A DNA stretch of 64,000 nucleotides. It comes from an uncultured Gemmatimonadales bacterium. Lineage in GTDB: Bacteria > Gemmatimonadota > Gemmatimonadetes > Gemmatimonadales > GWC2-71-9. Of this stretch, positions 47,615-57,021 are shown piece after piece; positions within the stretch are counted from its first letter, which is position 1; the number at the start of each line of letters is the position of its first letter. The position numbers were made by a program, and so were the translations under genes. The stretch lies in assembly GCA_963840215.1 (NCBI GenBank), contig CAWIYG010000001.1, positions 583,704 through 647,703 on the forward strand. The letters are read 5' to 3'. The notes below the pieces were generated by a model. It was not told where the DNA came from and did not search any database. It saw nothing but the letters and a program-made list of their open reading frames with translations.

Positions 47615-48595
47615 ATGGCCATCGTCACCTACCGGGACGCGCTCAACCAGGCCCTCCGCGAGGAGATGCAGCGGGACCCCGACGTATTTCTCATGGGTGA
47701 GGAAGTCGGGGTGTACCAGGGCGCCTACAAGGTGAGCCGCGGGCTGCTCGACGAGTTCGGCGCGATGCGCGTGGTGGACACGCCGATCACCGAGCTGGGG
47801 TTCGCCGGCGTCGGCGTGGGGGCAGCCATGGTGGGCCTCCGGCCGGTCATCGAGTTCATGACCTGGAACTTCGCCCTCCTCGCCATCGATCAGCTCGTCA
47901 ACTCGGCAGCCAAGATGCGCTACATGTCCGGCGGCCAGGTCGGCGTGCCGGCGGTCTTTCGCGGGCCCGGTGGGTCCGCCCTGCAGCTCGGCTCGCAGCA
48001 CTCCCAGGCCTTCGAGAGCTACTACGCGCACATCCCGGGACTCAAGGTGGTCATGCCCGCCACACCCGCCGACGCCAAGGGCCTCCTCAAGAGCGCCATC
48101 CGCGACGACAATCCGGTCGTGTTCATCGAGGGGGAGATGCTCTACAACCTGAAGGGTGAAATCCCGGAAGGCGAGCATGTCGTCCCGCTCGGCAAGGCGG
48201 ACGTCAAGCGGGCCGGGAGCGACGTCACGATCGTCTGCCACTCGAAGACCGTGGCGGTCGCCCTCAAGGCCGCCGAGCAGCTCGCGGCCGAGGAGATCGA
48301 CGCCGAGGTGCTCGACCTCCGGACCATCCGCCCGCTCGACACCGAGGCGGTCCTGACCTCGGTGGCCCGCACCCATCGGTGCGTGGTGGCGGAGGAGGGC
48401 TGGCCGTTCGCGGGGATCGGGGCCCAGGTGGTGGACACGATCCAGCGCGAGGCGTTCGACGAGCTCGACGCGCCGATCCTCCGCGTCACCGGCGCCGACG
48501 TTCCCATGCCCTATAACAAGCACCTCGAGAAGGCCGCGAAGGTCGACCCCGCCCGGGTCGCCGCCGCGGTGCACTCGGTGCTGTACCGCGACTGA
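47615..48595 (+). CDS. pdhB: Pyruvate dehydrogenase E1 beta
   Basis: GEEVGVYQGAYKVS, DTPITE.GF, QHSQ, DLRTIRPLD. Confidence 0.95.
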   Translation: MAIVTYRDALNQALREEMQRDPDVFLMGEEVGVYQGAYKVSRGLLDEFGAMRVVDTPITELGFAGVGVGAAMVGLRPVIEFMTWNFALLAIDQLVNSAAKMRYMSGGQVGVPAVFRGPGGSALQLGSQHSQAFESYYAHIPGLKVVMPATPADAKGLLKSAIRDDNPVVFIEGEMLYNLKGEIPEGEHVVPLGKADVKRAGSDVTIVCHSKTVAVALKAAEQLAAEEIDAEVLDLRTIRPLDTEAVLTSVARTHRCVVAEEGWPFAGIGAQVVDTIQREAFDELDAPILRVTGADVPMPYNKHLEKAAKVDPARVAAAVHSVLYRD

Positions 48596-48598
48596 CCG

Positions 48599-49966
48599 AT
48601 GGCAACCAAGGTGGTCATGGAGGCGCTCTCGCCCACGATGGAAGAGGGGCGCCTCGTCGAGTGGAAGAAGAGCGAAGGCGATCCGGTGGCCGTCGGCGAC
48701 GTGCTGGCCGAGGTCGAGACGGACAAGGCGGTGATGGAGCTCGTGGCCCGCGCGGGCGGCACGCTGCTCAAGCAGGTGGTGGCCGCCGGCACCACGGTGC
48801 CGGTCTCCCAGCTGGTGGCGCTGATCGGCGAGCCCGGCGAGGCGATCGAGAACGGCAAGCCCGCGCCCGCCCAGGAGCAGCAGGCGACCCAGCCCACCCC
48901 CGGTGCCAACCGGCCGGAGTCGATGCCGCCGGCCCCGCCCGCGCCCAAGGCGACCGAGAGCGCGCCGGGCCCCGCGCCCGCGCCAAGCCCCGCGCCCGCG
49001 CGCCCGGCTGCCTCCGCCGCCCCGCCGGCGCCCGCTCCACCTGCCCCGGTGACTCCGGCGGGACGCGTGAAGGCATCGCCGCTCGCGCGCCGGATGGCCG
49101 CTGAACGTGGCATCGATCTCGGCGGCATCGCCGGGACCGGCCCTGAGGGTCGAGTGGTGCTTCGCGACCTCGAGGGAGCCCCCGGGGCGGTGCGCCCGGC
49201 TGCGGAGCCCGCGGCGGGCGCGGCCGCCCCGGCGCCGGGTGCTGCACCGTCCCGACCCGTCGTCGTCCGCGCGCCCGACGGCGCGCCCTACACGGACGTT
49301 CCCCTCAGCCAGATCCGGAAGACCATCGCCCGCCGCCTGGCGCAGTCGATCGGCCCGATCCCGACGTTCTACCTCACCACCGAGGTGGACATGGAGCGGG
49401 CGTGGGACGCGCGCGAAGGGCTCAAGGCGCTCGGCGACGGGCCGAAGGTGTCGTTCAATGACGTCATCATCAAGGCCGTGGCGACCGCGCTGCGCCAGCA
49501 CCCCGCCTGCAACGCCTGGTGGCAGGACGACCGGATCCGCTACTGGCACGAGGTCCACGTGAGCATGGCCGTGGCCATCGACGAGGGGCTCATCACCCCG
49601 GTCATCCGCAACACCGACCTCAAGTCGCTGCGGGAGATCGCGGCCGAGTCGCACGACCTGGCGGCCCGGGCCCGGGAGCGCCGGCTCACGCCGGAGGAGT
49701 ACACCGGCGGCACCTTCTCGGTGTCGAACCTGGGCATGCTCGATATCGACGAGTTCACGGCCGTGATCAATCCGCCCGAGGCCGGGATCCTGGCGGTCGG
49801 CCGGATTGTTCAACAAGCGGTAGTGCACGAGGGCCAGCTGGCGGTCCGGCGGCGGCTCCGGCTGACGATGTCGTGCGATCACCGCGTGATCGACGGCGCC
49901 ACCGGAGCGCAGTTCCTGAAGACGCTCAAGGCGATGCTGGAGAACCCGCTGGCGCTGGTGTGGTAG
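48599..49966 (+). CDS. pdhC: Dihydrolipoamide acetyltransferase E2 (single lipoyl domain)
   Basis: LSPTMEEG, ETDKAVME, ASPLARR, DHRVIDG. Confidence 0.95.
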   Translation: MATKVVMEALSPTMEEGRLVEWKKSEGDPVAVGDVLAEVETDKAVMELVARAGGTLLKQVVAAGTTVPVSQLVALIGEPGEAIENGKPAPAQEQQATQPTPGANRPESMPPAPPAPKATESAPGPAPAPSPAPARPAASAAPPAPAPPAPVTPAGRVKASPLARRMAAERGIDLGGIAGTGPEGRVVLRDLEGAPGAVRPAAEPAAGAAAPAPGAAPSRPVVVRAPDGAPYTDVPLSQIRKTIARRLAQSIGPIPTFYLTTEVDMERAWDAREGLKALGDGPKVSFNDVIIKAVATALRQHPACNAWWQDDRIRYWHEVHVSMAVAIDEGLITPVIRNTDLKSLREIAAESHDLAARARERRLTPEEYTGGTFSVSNLGMLDIDEFTAVINPPEAGILAVGRIVQQAVVHEGQLAVRRRLRLTMSCDHRVIDGATGAQFLKTLKAMLENPLALVW

Positions 49967-49989
49967 CGACCATTCACTAGAGGACATCC

Positions 49990-51387
49990 GTGGCAACTCA
50001 GTTCGACGTCATCATCATCGGCGGCGGTCCGGCCGGCTACGTCTGCGCGATCCGCGCCGCCCAGCTCGGGCTGGCGACGGCGGTCGTGGAGCGGGACAAG
50101 CTCGGCGGCGTGTGCGTCAACATCGGCTGCATCCCGACCAAGGCGCTGCTGCACAGCGCCTACGTGGCCAATCTGGTGGCGCACGACGCGAAGGACCTGG
50201 GCGTCGAGGTCAGCGGCGTCAAGGCGGACTACGGCGTGGCGATGCGGCGCTCCCGGAAGGTCTCGGAGCAGAATTCGAAGGGTGTCGAGTTCCTGATGAA
50301 GAAGCACAAGGTGACGGTCATCAAGGGCACCGGCATCCTCGGCAAGAACCGCACGGTCAAGGTGGGGAACGACGAATACCAGGCCCGGAAGGCGGTCGTC
50401 ATTGCGACGGGCTCCCGGGTGAAGGGCATTCCGCAGATCGGGCTCGAGATCAACAAGAGCACGGTCATCAGCTCCGACGAGGCGCTGTTCCTCAGCGAGG
50501 TGCCGAAGTCGCTCGCGGTGATCGGCGCCGGCGCCGTGGGATGCGAGTTCGCGGACATCTTCAACGCCTTCGGCAGCAGGGTCACGCTGATCGAGGCGCT
50601 GCCGCGGATCCTTCCGCTCGAGGACGCGGAATCGTCGGACGCGCTGGCCAAGAGCTACAAGAAGCGCGGGATCGCCGTGCACGCGGGCGTGAAGGTGACC
50701 AAGGCGACGGTGGCGGCCGACAAGGTGACGCTGGAGCTCGAGACGGGCGGCAAGAAGGAGTCGGTCGAGGTCGAGAAGGTGCTGATGGCGGCCGGCCGCG
50801 CGGTGAACACCGAATCGATGGGGTTTCAGGAGGCCGGCGTCCAGCTCACCGACCGCGGCTTCGTGCGCGTGAATCCCGCCACGCTCGAGACTACCTCGCC
50901 GGGGGTCTACTGCATCGGCGACGTGGCCGGACCGCCCATGCTGGCGCACAAGGGCAGCCGGGAAGGCGTGGTCGTGGCCGAGCTGATCGCGGGCGGGCAT
51001 CCGCATCCGATCAAGTACGACAACGTCCCCAGCGTCACGTACTGCCACCCCGAGGTGGCCAGCATCGGGCTCACCGAGGAGCAGGCGAAGGAGCGGAAGC
51101 TCGACTACCAGGTCGGCCGCTTCCCCTTCAGCGCCAACGGCCGGGCGCGGAGCACCAACGAGACCGAGGGCTTCGTCAAGATCATTCGGGACAAGAAGTA
51201 CGGCGAGATCCTGGGGGCCCACATCGTCGGCAGCCACGCCTCGGAGATGATCCACGAGCTCACGGTAGCCCGCGAGAACGAGTACACGGTCGAGGAGGTC
51301 GATCTGGCCATCCACGCCCACCCGACCCTCTCCGAGGCCATCGCCGAGGCGGCGCTCGACTCGATGGGGCGGGTCATCCACATCTGA
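49990..51387 (+). CDS. lpdA: Dihydrolipoamide dehydrogenase
   Basis: GGVCVNIGCIPTK, LAHKG, HAHPTLSE. Confidence 0.96.
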   Translation: MATQFDVIIIGGGPAGYVCAIRAAQLGLATAVVERDKLGGVCVNIGCIPTKALLHSAYVANLVAHDAKDLGVEVSGVKADYGVAMRRSRKVSEQNSKGVEFLMKKHKVTVIKGTGILGKNRTVKVGNDEYQARKAVVIATGSRVKGIPQIGLEINKSTVISSDEALFLSEVPKSLAVIGAGAVGCEFADIFNAFGSRVTLIEALPRILPLEDAESSDALAKSYKKRGIAVHAGVKVTKATVAADKVTLELETGGKKESVEVEKVLMAAGRAVNTESMGFQEAGVQLTDRGFVRVNPATLETTSPGVYCIGDVAGPPMLAHKGSREGVVVAELIAGGHPHPIKYDNVPSVTYCHPEVASIGLTEEQAKERKLDYQVGRFPFSANGRARSTNETEGFVKIIRDKKYGEILGAHIVGSHASEMIHELTVARENEYTVEEVDLAIHAHPTLSEAIAEAALDSMGRVIHI

Positions 51388-51389
51388 TC

Positions 51390-51785
51390 GTGGGCCCCAT
51401 CCGCCTGGTGGGGCTGGCGATGGGCTCCGGGGTGGCGTTCGGACTCGCGGCCGTGACCGCCACCGTCCTCGGCGTCGACCTCCTGCGGGGCGACGCCGCC
51501 GCGTCCTCGCCGGATCTCGGTGCCCCGCTGTACCTGCTCTTCTTCGGCACCCTGGCCAGCCTGGTGCTGGCCGGCCTGGTGGCCTGGCGACTGCTCGACC
51601 CGATCCTCTCCCTCTATCGGCGCGGCGGGCTCAGCATCGTGAGTGGGCTGGCCACGGTGCTTCCGATGCTGCTCTGCATCCCGGTCCACCAGCTGGCGGG
51701 GCGGCCCGGACTGGCCGTGCTCGGGCTCGTGGCGGCGCTGGGCTCCTGGGTCCTCGCCCGGCTGGCGCGGACGTCGGGAGGCCCT
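51390..51785 (+). CDS. Hydrophobic 4-TM ORF reading in frame into lipB
   Basis: GTG 51390; four hydrophobic segments; no stop codon before lipB in this assembly. Confidence 0.6.
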
Positions 51786-52481
51786 GTGAGCGCCCGCCTG
51801 GACGTGCTCGACCTGGGGCGCCGGCCGTACGGCGAGGTGCTCGAGCTGCAGCGGGCACTCTGCCGGCAGCGGATGGCTCACGAGCGCGGCGAGGACCTCC
51901 TGCTCCTGGTGGAGCACGATCCCGTGGTCACCCTGGGCCGAGGCACGCGCTCGACCAGCCTCCCGTTGGCGCCGGCCGAGCTCGAGCGGCGGGGGTTCGC
52001 AGTGGCGGAGGTCGAGCGCGGCGGTGACGTGACCTACCATGGTCCCGGACAGCTCGTCGGGTATCCGATCCTCGACCTGCGCGAGCACCGGGAGGACCTG
52101 CACTGGTATCTCCGCCAGCTCGAGGCGGCGCTCATCGCCGCCCTCGACACCCTCGGCGTTCGGGGCGAACGCTCACCGGGACGCACCGGCGTGTGGACAG
52201 GCGGGCGCAAGATCGCGAGCCTCGGCATCCACGTGAAACAGTGGGTCACGTTCCATGGCTTCGCGCTCAATGTCAGCACGGATCTCCGCGCCTTCGAGAC
52301 GATCGTTCCGTGCGGGATCGAGGGCGTCGTGATGACCAGCATCGCGGTGGAGCGTGGACGGGCCGACGCGGCGGCGCTGTGGGGTGAGACGCGGGAGGCG
52401 GTGGTGGCGGCGTTCGGCGCGACGTTCGGATACGACGAGGTCGAGCGCGCGACGTCGGCTCCAGCAGTGCTGTCGCGATGA
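51786..52481 (+). CDS. lipB: Octanoyltransferase
   Basis: RBS GGAGG before GTG; EHDPVVTLGR, RGGDVTYHGPGQLVGYP, KIASLG, HGFALN, IVPCG. Confidence 0.94.
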   Translation: MSARLDVLDLGRRPYGEVLELQRALCRQRMAHERGEDLLLLVEHDPVVTLGRGTRSTSLPLAPAELERRGFAVAEVERGGDVTYHGPGQLVGYPILDLREHREDLHWYLRQLEAALIAALDTLGVRGERSPGRTGVWTGGRKIASLGIHVKQWVTFHGFALNVSTDLRAFETIVPCGIEGVVMTSIAVERGRADAAALWGETREAVVAAFGATFGYDEVERATSAPAVLSR

Positions 52482-52538
52482 CCCCCTGATCTCGCGATGA
52501 CGACCTGATCGCCGCCCCGGCGGAGGAGCCTTCTGCGC

Positions 52539-53162
52539 ATGCCCGACCGCATCGACACCCGCGACGGCGACCGCACCCGCCTGCCTCCTGGTCAAATCAT
52601 CACCCAGAAATGGCCGGTGCTGCACTCCGGCACCGTCCCACGCGTCGACCTGGCCACCTGGCGCTTCGACGTGCGGGGCGCGGTCGAACGGCCGCTCTCC
52701 CTGAGCTGGGACGAGCTGCTGGCCCTCCCCCGCCGCGAGACCGCGTGCGACATCCATTGCGTCACCCGCTGGAGCCGCTACGACAACGTCTTCGAGGGCG
52801 TCCCCGTGCAGGCGCTGCTCGCGCGCGCCGGCGTCTTGCCGCGGGCGGCGTTCGCCCTCGTGCACGCCGAACAGGGGTTCACGACCAACCTTCCGCTCGC
52901 GGACCTCGATCGGCCGGCCAACCTGCTGGCGCTCGCGCACCACGGGGAGCCGCTTCCGGCCGAGCACGGTGGCCCCGTCCGGCTGCTGGTGCCGCACCTC
53001 TACTTCTGGAAAAGCGCCAAGTGGGTGACGGGTTTCGAGCTGCTGGAGGAGGACGAACCGGGCTTCTGGGAGCGGAACGGCTACCACATGCGGGGCGATC
53101 CGTGGCGGGAGGAACGGTTCGGTCGGCCGGACCCCGTGCGGATGCGGCGGGGCCCGCGGTGA
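52539..53162 (+). CDS. Sulfite-oxidase-like molybdopterin oxidoreductase (cytoplasmic, YuiH-like)
   Basis: RLPPGQ, DIHCVTRWS, EHGGPVR, YFWKSAKW, GFWERNGYH. Confidence 0.9.
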   Translation: MPDRIDTRDGDRTRLPPGQIITQKWPVLHSGTVPRVDLATWRFDVRGAVERPLSLSWDELLALPRRETACDIHCVTRWSRYDNVFEGVPVQALLARAGVLPRAAFALVHAEQGFTTNLPLADLDRPANLLALAHHGEPLPAEHGGPVRLLVPHLYFWKSAKWVTGFELLEEDEPGFWERNGYHMRGDPWREERFGRPDPVRMRRGPR

Positions 53163-53247
53163 GGGGGATCTAGCGAGGTCGGGCGCGGGAGAAATTCGAC
53201 GGGTTCAAGTCTTGTGTTTGGCGCCCAACCCGGTTTTTCTGTCTAAC

Positions 53248-53802
53248 ATGGCAGAATCGCCCCGACGTCCGACGCCCGAGGCGCAGGCGGACCAGCGCAT
53301 CACCGATATCCTCCGCGCGGCGGACAGCTGGTCCAAGGAGGCGCCCGGAGCGCTCACGCCGGCCATCCGGGCCGTCTGTATCCGGCTCGCCGAAATGGTG
53401 GCGGACCAGCGGCACTACCTCGCCCCGCTCCCGGAGCCGCAGGAGAGCGAGCGCCGCACCGTGCTGAGCATGGTGGCCGACCGGCTGCGGTCGAGCCCCG
53501 TCACCCATGGCGTGGACCAGCACCTCAAGGCCCTCGAGGAGATGGAGCTCCGCTCGACCGGCTCGTGGTCCACGGTCGCGTCCGCCCAGACCGAGTGGAT
53601 CACCACGGCCATCCGCTACCTGGAGAGCTGCGCCGGGAAGCTGCCGGCCGGGGAGCGGCCCGATCCGTACTGGGCCGACGACGTCGTGGCCGGTATCATC
53701 GCCTCGGCGCGGGCGCTCATCGGCATCGACGAGCTCCACGCCCGCACCGAGGCGCGCTATTCGGGCCCGGTCAAGCGGCTGGGACCGGAAGAGGAGATCT
53801 AG
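53248..53802 (+). CDS. Hypothetical helical protein
   Basis: GC3-biased ORF filling the gap between recognisable genes; no motif recognised. Confidence 0.65.
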   Translation: MAESPRRPTPEAQADQRITDILRAADSWSKEAPGALTPAIRAVCIRLAEMVADQRHYLAPLPEPQESERRTVLSMVADRLRSSPVTHGVDQHLKALEEMELRSTGSWSTVASAQTEWITTAIRYLESCAGKLPAGERPDPYWADDVVAGIIASARALIGIDELHARTEARYSGPVKRLGPEEEI

Positions 53803-55174
53803 CCGCCGCCACGCCCTTCTCGGCGAACAGCTCGTAGAACCGGCCGAAGATCTCGATCCCGCTCCACAGCTGAGCGAGGTCGAGTTTTTCATTGGGGGAA
53901 TGGAGCCCGTCATCTGGCAGCCCGATCCCGGTGAGCAGCACCGGCGCTCCGGCCAGGCCAAGCTCGGGAATGATGGGAATCGACCCACCCGCCCGCACCC
54001 GCACGGCGGGCCGGCCGGTGACCGCCGCGAACGCCTCGTCGAGCAGCGCGAACGCCGGGTGGTCCACGTCGACTCGCACCGGGTCGCCGCCGTGCAGCAC
54101 CGTGACCTTCACCTCGGCCCACCGGGGCGCGAGCGAGGCGACCGCGCGCTCGAGCTGCCGGGCGACCTTGACGTAGCTCTGGCCCGGCACCAGCCGCAGG
54201 CTCACTTTCGCGGTCGCCTGCGCGGGAATGACGGTCTTGGCCCCCTCCCCCACGAAGCCGCCCTTGATGCCGTGGATCTCGAACGTGGGAAGCGCCCAGA
54301 CCCGCTCGAGGACCGAATATTCCTTGAGCCCCGTGAGCACCTGCCCCGTCACTTCCTCCCGCAGGAACTCCGCCTTGTCGAATGGCAGCTGCTTCCAGGT
54401 CTTGAGCTCGTGCTTGCTGGGTGACTCGACCGCCTTGTACAGCTTCGGGATCTGGATTTCGCCGTCGGCGTCCTTGAGCTTGGCGAGGAGCCGCACGAGC
54501 GTCTCGAGCGCGTTGGGGGCGACGCCCCCGTAAGTGCCGGAGTGCAGATCGCGCTCCAGGGTCCGCACCGAGATCTCCGCGTAGCAGAGGCCGCGGAGGG
54601 CGGTGTAGACGGCGGGCCACCCCGGCGCGTAATACGACATGTCGCAAACCAGCGCCGCGTCCGCTCGCGTGCGCTCCGGCTCCGAACGAAGCAGGTCGGC
54701 GATGACGTGCCCGCCGCTCTCCTCCTCCCCTTCGAAGATGAATCGGACGTTGAGCGGCGGCCGCCGATCGGCGTCGAGCGTCGCCTCGTAGGCCTTGAGC
54801 AGGCAGAACACCTGGCCTTTGTCGTCGGCCGCGCCGCGAGCGTAGAGCCGGCCGTCCCGGACGGTCGGCTCGAAGGGTGGGGTGACCCACTCGTCGAGCG
54901 GATCGGGCGGCTGGACGTCGTAGTGGCCGTAGATCAGCAGTGTGGGCCGGTCGGGAACTTCCGGGCTCTCCGCCCAGACCACCGGGTGCCCCGGTCCCTC
55001 GAGGATGTCGACGGTAGGGCAGCCCAGGGCCACGAGCTCGTCCCGCAGCCACTCGGCGGCCCGGCGGCAGTCGGCCGTGTGCGCTGGCAGAGCGCTCACA
55101 CTCGGAATGGAGAGGAACCCGGAGAGCTCGCCCAGCAGGCGGCTCTGTTCGCGGGTCACGAAGCTGGTATCCAT
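53771..55174 (-). CDS. M20 family dipeptidase
   Basis: YGHYDVQP, ARGAADDKGQ, EGEEE, DLHSG, GGSIP, HSPNE. Confidence 0.93.
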   Translation of the reverse strand: MDTSFVTREQSRLLGELSGFLSIPSVSALPAHTADCRRAAEWLRDELVALGCPTVDILEGPGHPVVWAESPEVPDRPTLLIYGHYDVQPPDPLDEWVTPPFEPTVRDGRLYARGAADDKGQVFCLLKAYEATLDADRRPPLNVRFIFEGEEESGGHVIADLLRSEPERTRADAALVCDMSYYAPGWPAVYTALRGLCYAEISVRTLERDLHSGTYGGVAPNALETLVRLLAKLKDADGEIQIPKLYKAVESPSKHELKTWKQLPFDKAEFLREEVTGQVLTGLKEYSVLERVWALPTFEIHGIKGGFVGEGAKTVIPAQATAKVSLRLVPGQSYVKVARQLERAVASLAPRWAEVKVTVLHGGDPVRVDVDHPAFALLDEAFAAVTGRPAVRVRAGGSIPIIPELGLAGAPVLLTGIGLPDDGLHSPNEKLDLAQLWSGIEIFGRFYELFAEKGVAAARSPLPVPAA

Positions 55175-55374
55175 GGATGGAGCCCCGGAATGAAGGTGGC
55201 GCGCCGTGAATGCCGGGAAAGCTACACGCCGGGGGGTCCGGCGCGAGAGGGCCGGTGACCTGCCTCACCGCTGGCGCCGACCTCCTCGCCCTAGGATCAA
55301 GCTCCTTGGATCCGGGGCCCCCGGATGGCCGCGTCGGCGGCCTGCCGGTCCCCCTAGAGTTGGCAGGAGGCAGG

Positions 55375-55836
55375 ATGTCGAAAGCTCACCTCACCGCCCT
55401 CGCCGCAACCCTCGTGTTCGGGGCCTTCGCCCCGCGTCTCGCGGCGCAGGACACGTCGTCTGCCGGAGTGGCACGACCGGACACCTCGGGGTACACTGGC
55501 GCCGGCGGCGTCGACACCAGCGCGGGCCGCTTTGGAGACACCACCGGAGCGGCTGTGACGGATACGTCGGCCCTGCAGGCCGACTCCCTCGGTACCAGCG
55601 ACACCAGCGGCATGGGCGGGCGCCGTCCCGACACCACCAATCCGGGCTCTACAGTGAGCCCCGGCGCGTCCCCCTCGGGAGGCAGCACCTCGCCGTCGGG
55701 CAGCAGCACCGAACCTTCAGGGACGGCCGCTCCTTCGGGCTCCAGCACCTCGCCTTCGGGCAGCAGTACGTCGCCTCCGGAAAGCAGCACGTCGCCTTCG
55801 AGCACGTCGCCTGCAGGTACGTCGACCTCGCCCTGA
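55375..55836 (+). CDS. Secreted disordered Ser/Thr/Gly-rich repeat protein
   Basis: RBS AGGAGG; signal peptide LAA-Q; eight D-(S/T) units, then SPSGSST-like repeats. Confidence 0.75.
   Translation: MSKAHLTALAATLVFGAFAPRLAAQDTSSAGVARPDTSGYTGAGGVDTSAGRFGDTTGAAVTDTSALQADSLGTSDTSGMGGRRPDTTNPGSTVSPGASPSGGSTSPSGSSTEPSGTAAPSGSSTSPSGSSTSPPESSTSPSSTSPAGTSTSP
55667..55833 (+). repeat. Degenerate ~21-nt coding tandem repeat (SPSGSST)
   Basis: About 8 units related to TCGCCTTCGGGCAGCAGCACG. Confidence 0.7.
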
Positions 55837-55848
55837 CGCGATCAGTCC

Positions 55849-55926
55849 CCCGTCGTCACCCCGGGCGAAGCGAAGGGGGCGTGCCTCGAGGCATGCCCCC
55901 TTCGCTTCGCCCAGGGTGACGACGGG
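55849..55926. repeat. REP-like palindrome between convergent genes
   Basis: 39-bp arms CCCGTCGTCACCCCGGGCGAAGCGAAGGGGGCGTGCCTC and reverse complement with 2 mismatches, no spacer. Confidence 0.88.
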
Positions 55927-55938
55927 TGTGACTCAGGC

Positions 55939-57021
55939 CTAGCGATCAGACCCCGCGCTGTCCGCCACGGCCGACTCCAGCCGCACGTAAGCGCTGTCGC
56001 CTTCGACGCCCGCCATCAGCTTCCCCAGTGCGGCCACGCTTTCCCGCACGTCCCGATCGTGCCGCTCGAACCACCGGTCGAAGAGATCGAGGCGCGTCCG
56101 GTAGATTCGAGCGCCGATCAGCCGCGCGTTGTTGACCGGGCGCTCGGGCACGCGGCCGATCGTAAAGGTGCGGAGTCGCGCCGCGACCGGCCCCTGAAGC
56201 TCCGTCCGCGCCCACGCCCCCGCCTCCTCGCGGCCGAGCTCGAGGGCGGCCGAGTCGGGATGCGTGTCATACAGCCCCTGCAAGCGCTCCACCAGGCCGG
56301 CGTAGAACTCGCCGAGCACGATCTCGTCGTGCCACCGGTCGCCCGCGCGCCGGGCCAGCACGCTGTCCCCGCGCTCCCGGAAGAAGGATTGCGCCGAGTG
56401 GTAGCCGACGAACTGCGCGTAGCTCTCGTTGAAGGGCGTGGCGCTCTTGACGTACAGCGTGTTGTGGGCGATCTCGTGAAACACCGTGGCCGCGAGCTCG
56501 ACCGAATCGCCGGTGAGCGCGGTCGAAAGCAGCGGATCGTTGAACCACCCGAGCGTGGAGAACGCCCCGGACGGGCGGAGGTGGATGTCGTACCCCCGCG
56601 CCGCCAGCCGGTCGGCCTCGCGCCGGGCCGCCCTGGTGTCGAAGAAGCCCTTGTACGGAATGCGGCCGACGATGGGATACTTCCAGGTATGCGGGCAGAT
56701 GCAATCCCGGGGCGCCGCCTGCAGCACCAGCAGGAGCGTGTCCCGGCCGACGTCGGCGTAAGTGGTGTAGGTCTCCTTGGCCTCGAGGCCGAGACTGGCC
56801 GCGTAGTCCCGGCTCGCCACCACCAGGCCGAGCGCGTCCCGGAGGGCGGGATCGGTGCGGGGGTCGGCCGCGAGCTTCGCGATCGGCTGGCGGGCCTGGA
56901 GGATCCGGGTCTCCTCGATGCCGGCTCGGGTCAGGTACCGGACGTCGTCGCTGGCCAGGTAGGCGGTGCCGTACCCGGCGAAGAGCGCCGCGACGACCAC
57001 CAGGAAGATCACGCCCTTCAC
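55939..57021 (-). CDS. Predicted zinc aminopeptidase (DUF2265-like)
   Basis: GTG 57021 overlaps the upstream TGA; WKYPIVGRIPYKGFF, AFSTLGWFNDPL, FHEIAH, FNESYA. Confidence 0.85.
   Translation of the reverse strand: MKGVIFLVVVAALFAGYGTAYLASDDVRYLTRAGIEETRILQARQPIAKLAADPRTDPALRDALGLVVASRDYAASLGLEAKETYTTYADVGRDTLLLVLQAAPRDCICPHTWKYPIVGRIPYKGFFDTRAARREADRLAARGYDIHLRPSGAFSTLGWFNDPLLSTALTGDSVELAATVFHEIAHNTLYVKSATPFNESYAQFVGYHSAQSFFRERGDSVLARRAGDRWHDEIVLGEFYAGLVERLQGLYDTHPDSAALELGREEAGAWARTELQGPVAARLRTFTIGRVPERPVNNARLIGARIYRTRLDLFDRWFERHDRDVRESVAALGKLMAGVEGDSAYVRLESAVADSAGSDR

Noticed and set aside
48840-49290. Pro/Ala low-complexity repeats
   Set aside because: Ordinary flexible linkers of the E2 subunit.
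55667-55833. CRISPR array
   Set aside because: Units are degenerate, in frame, lack unique spacers and encode a Ser/Thr repeat; no cas genes nearby.
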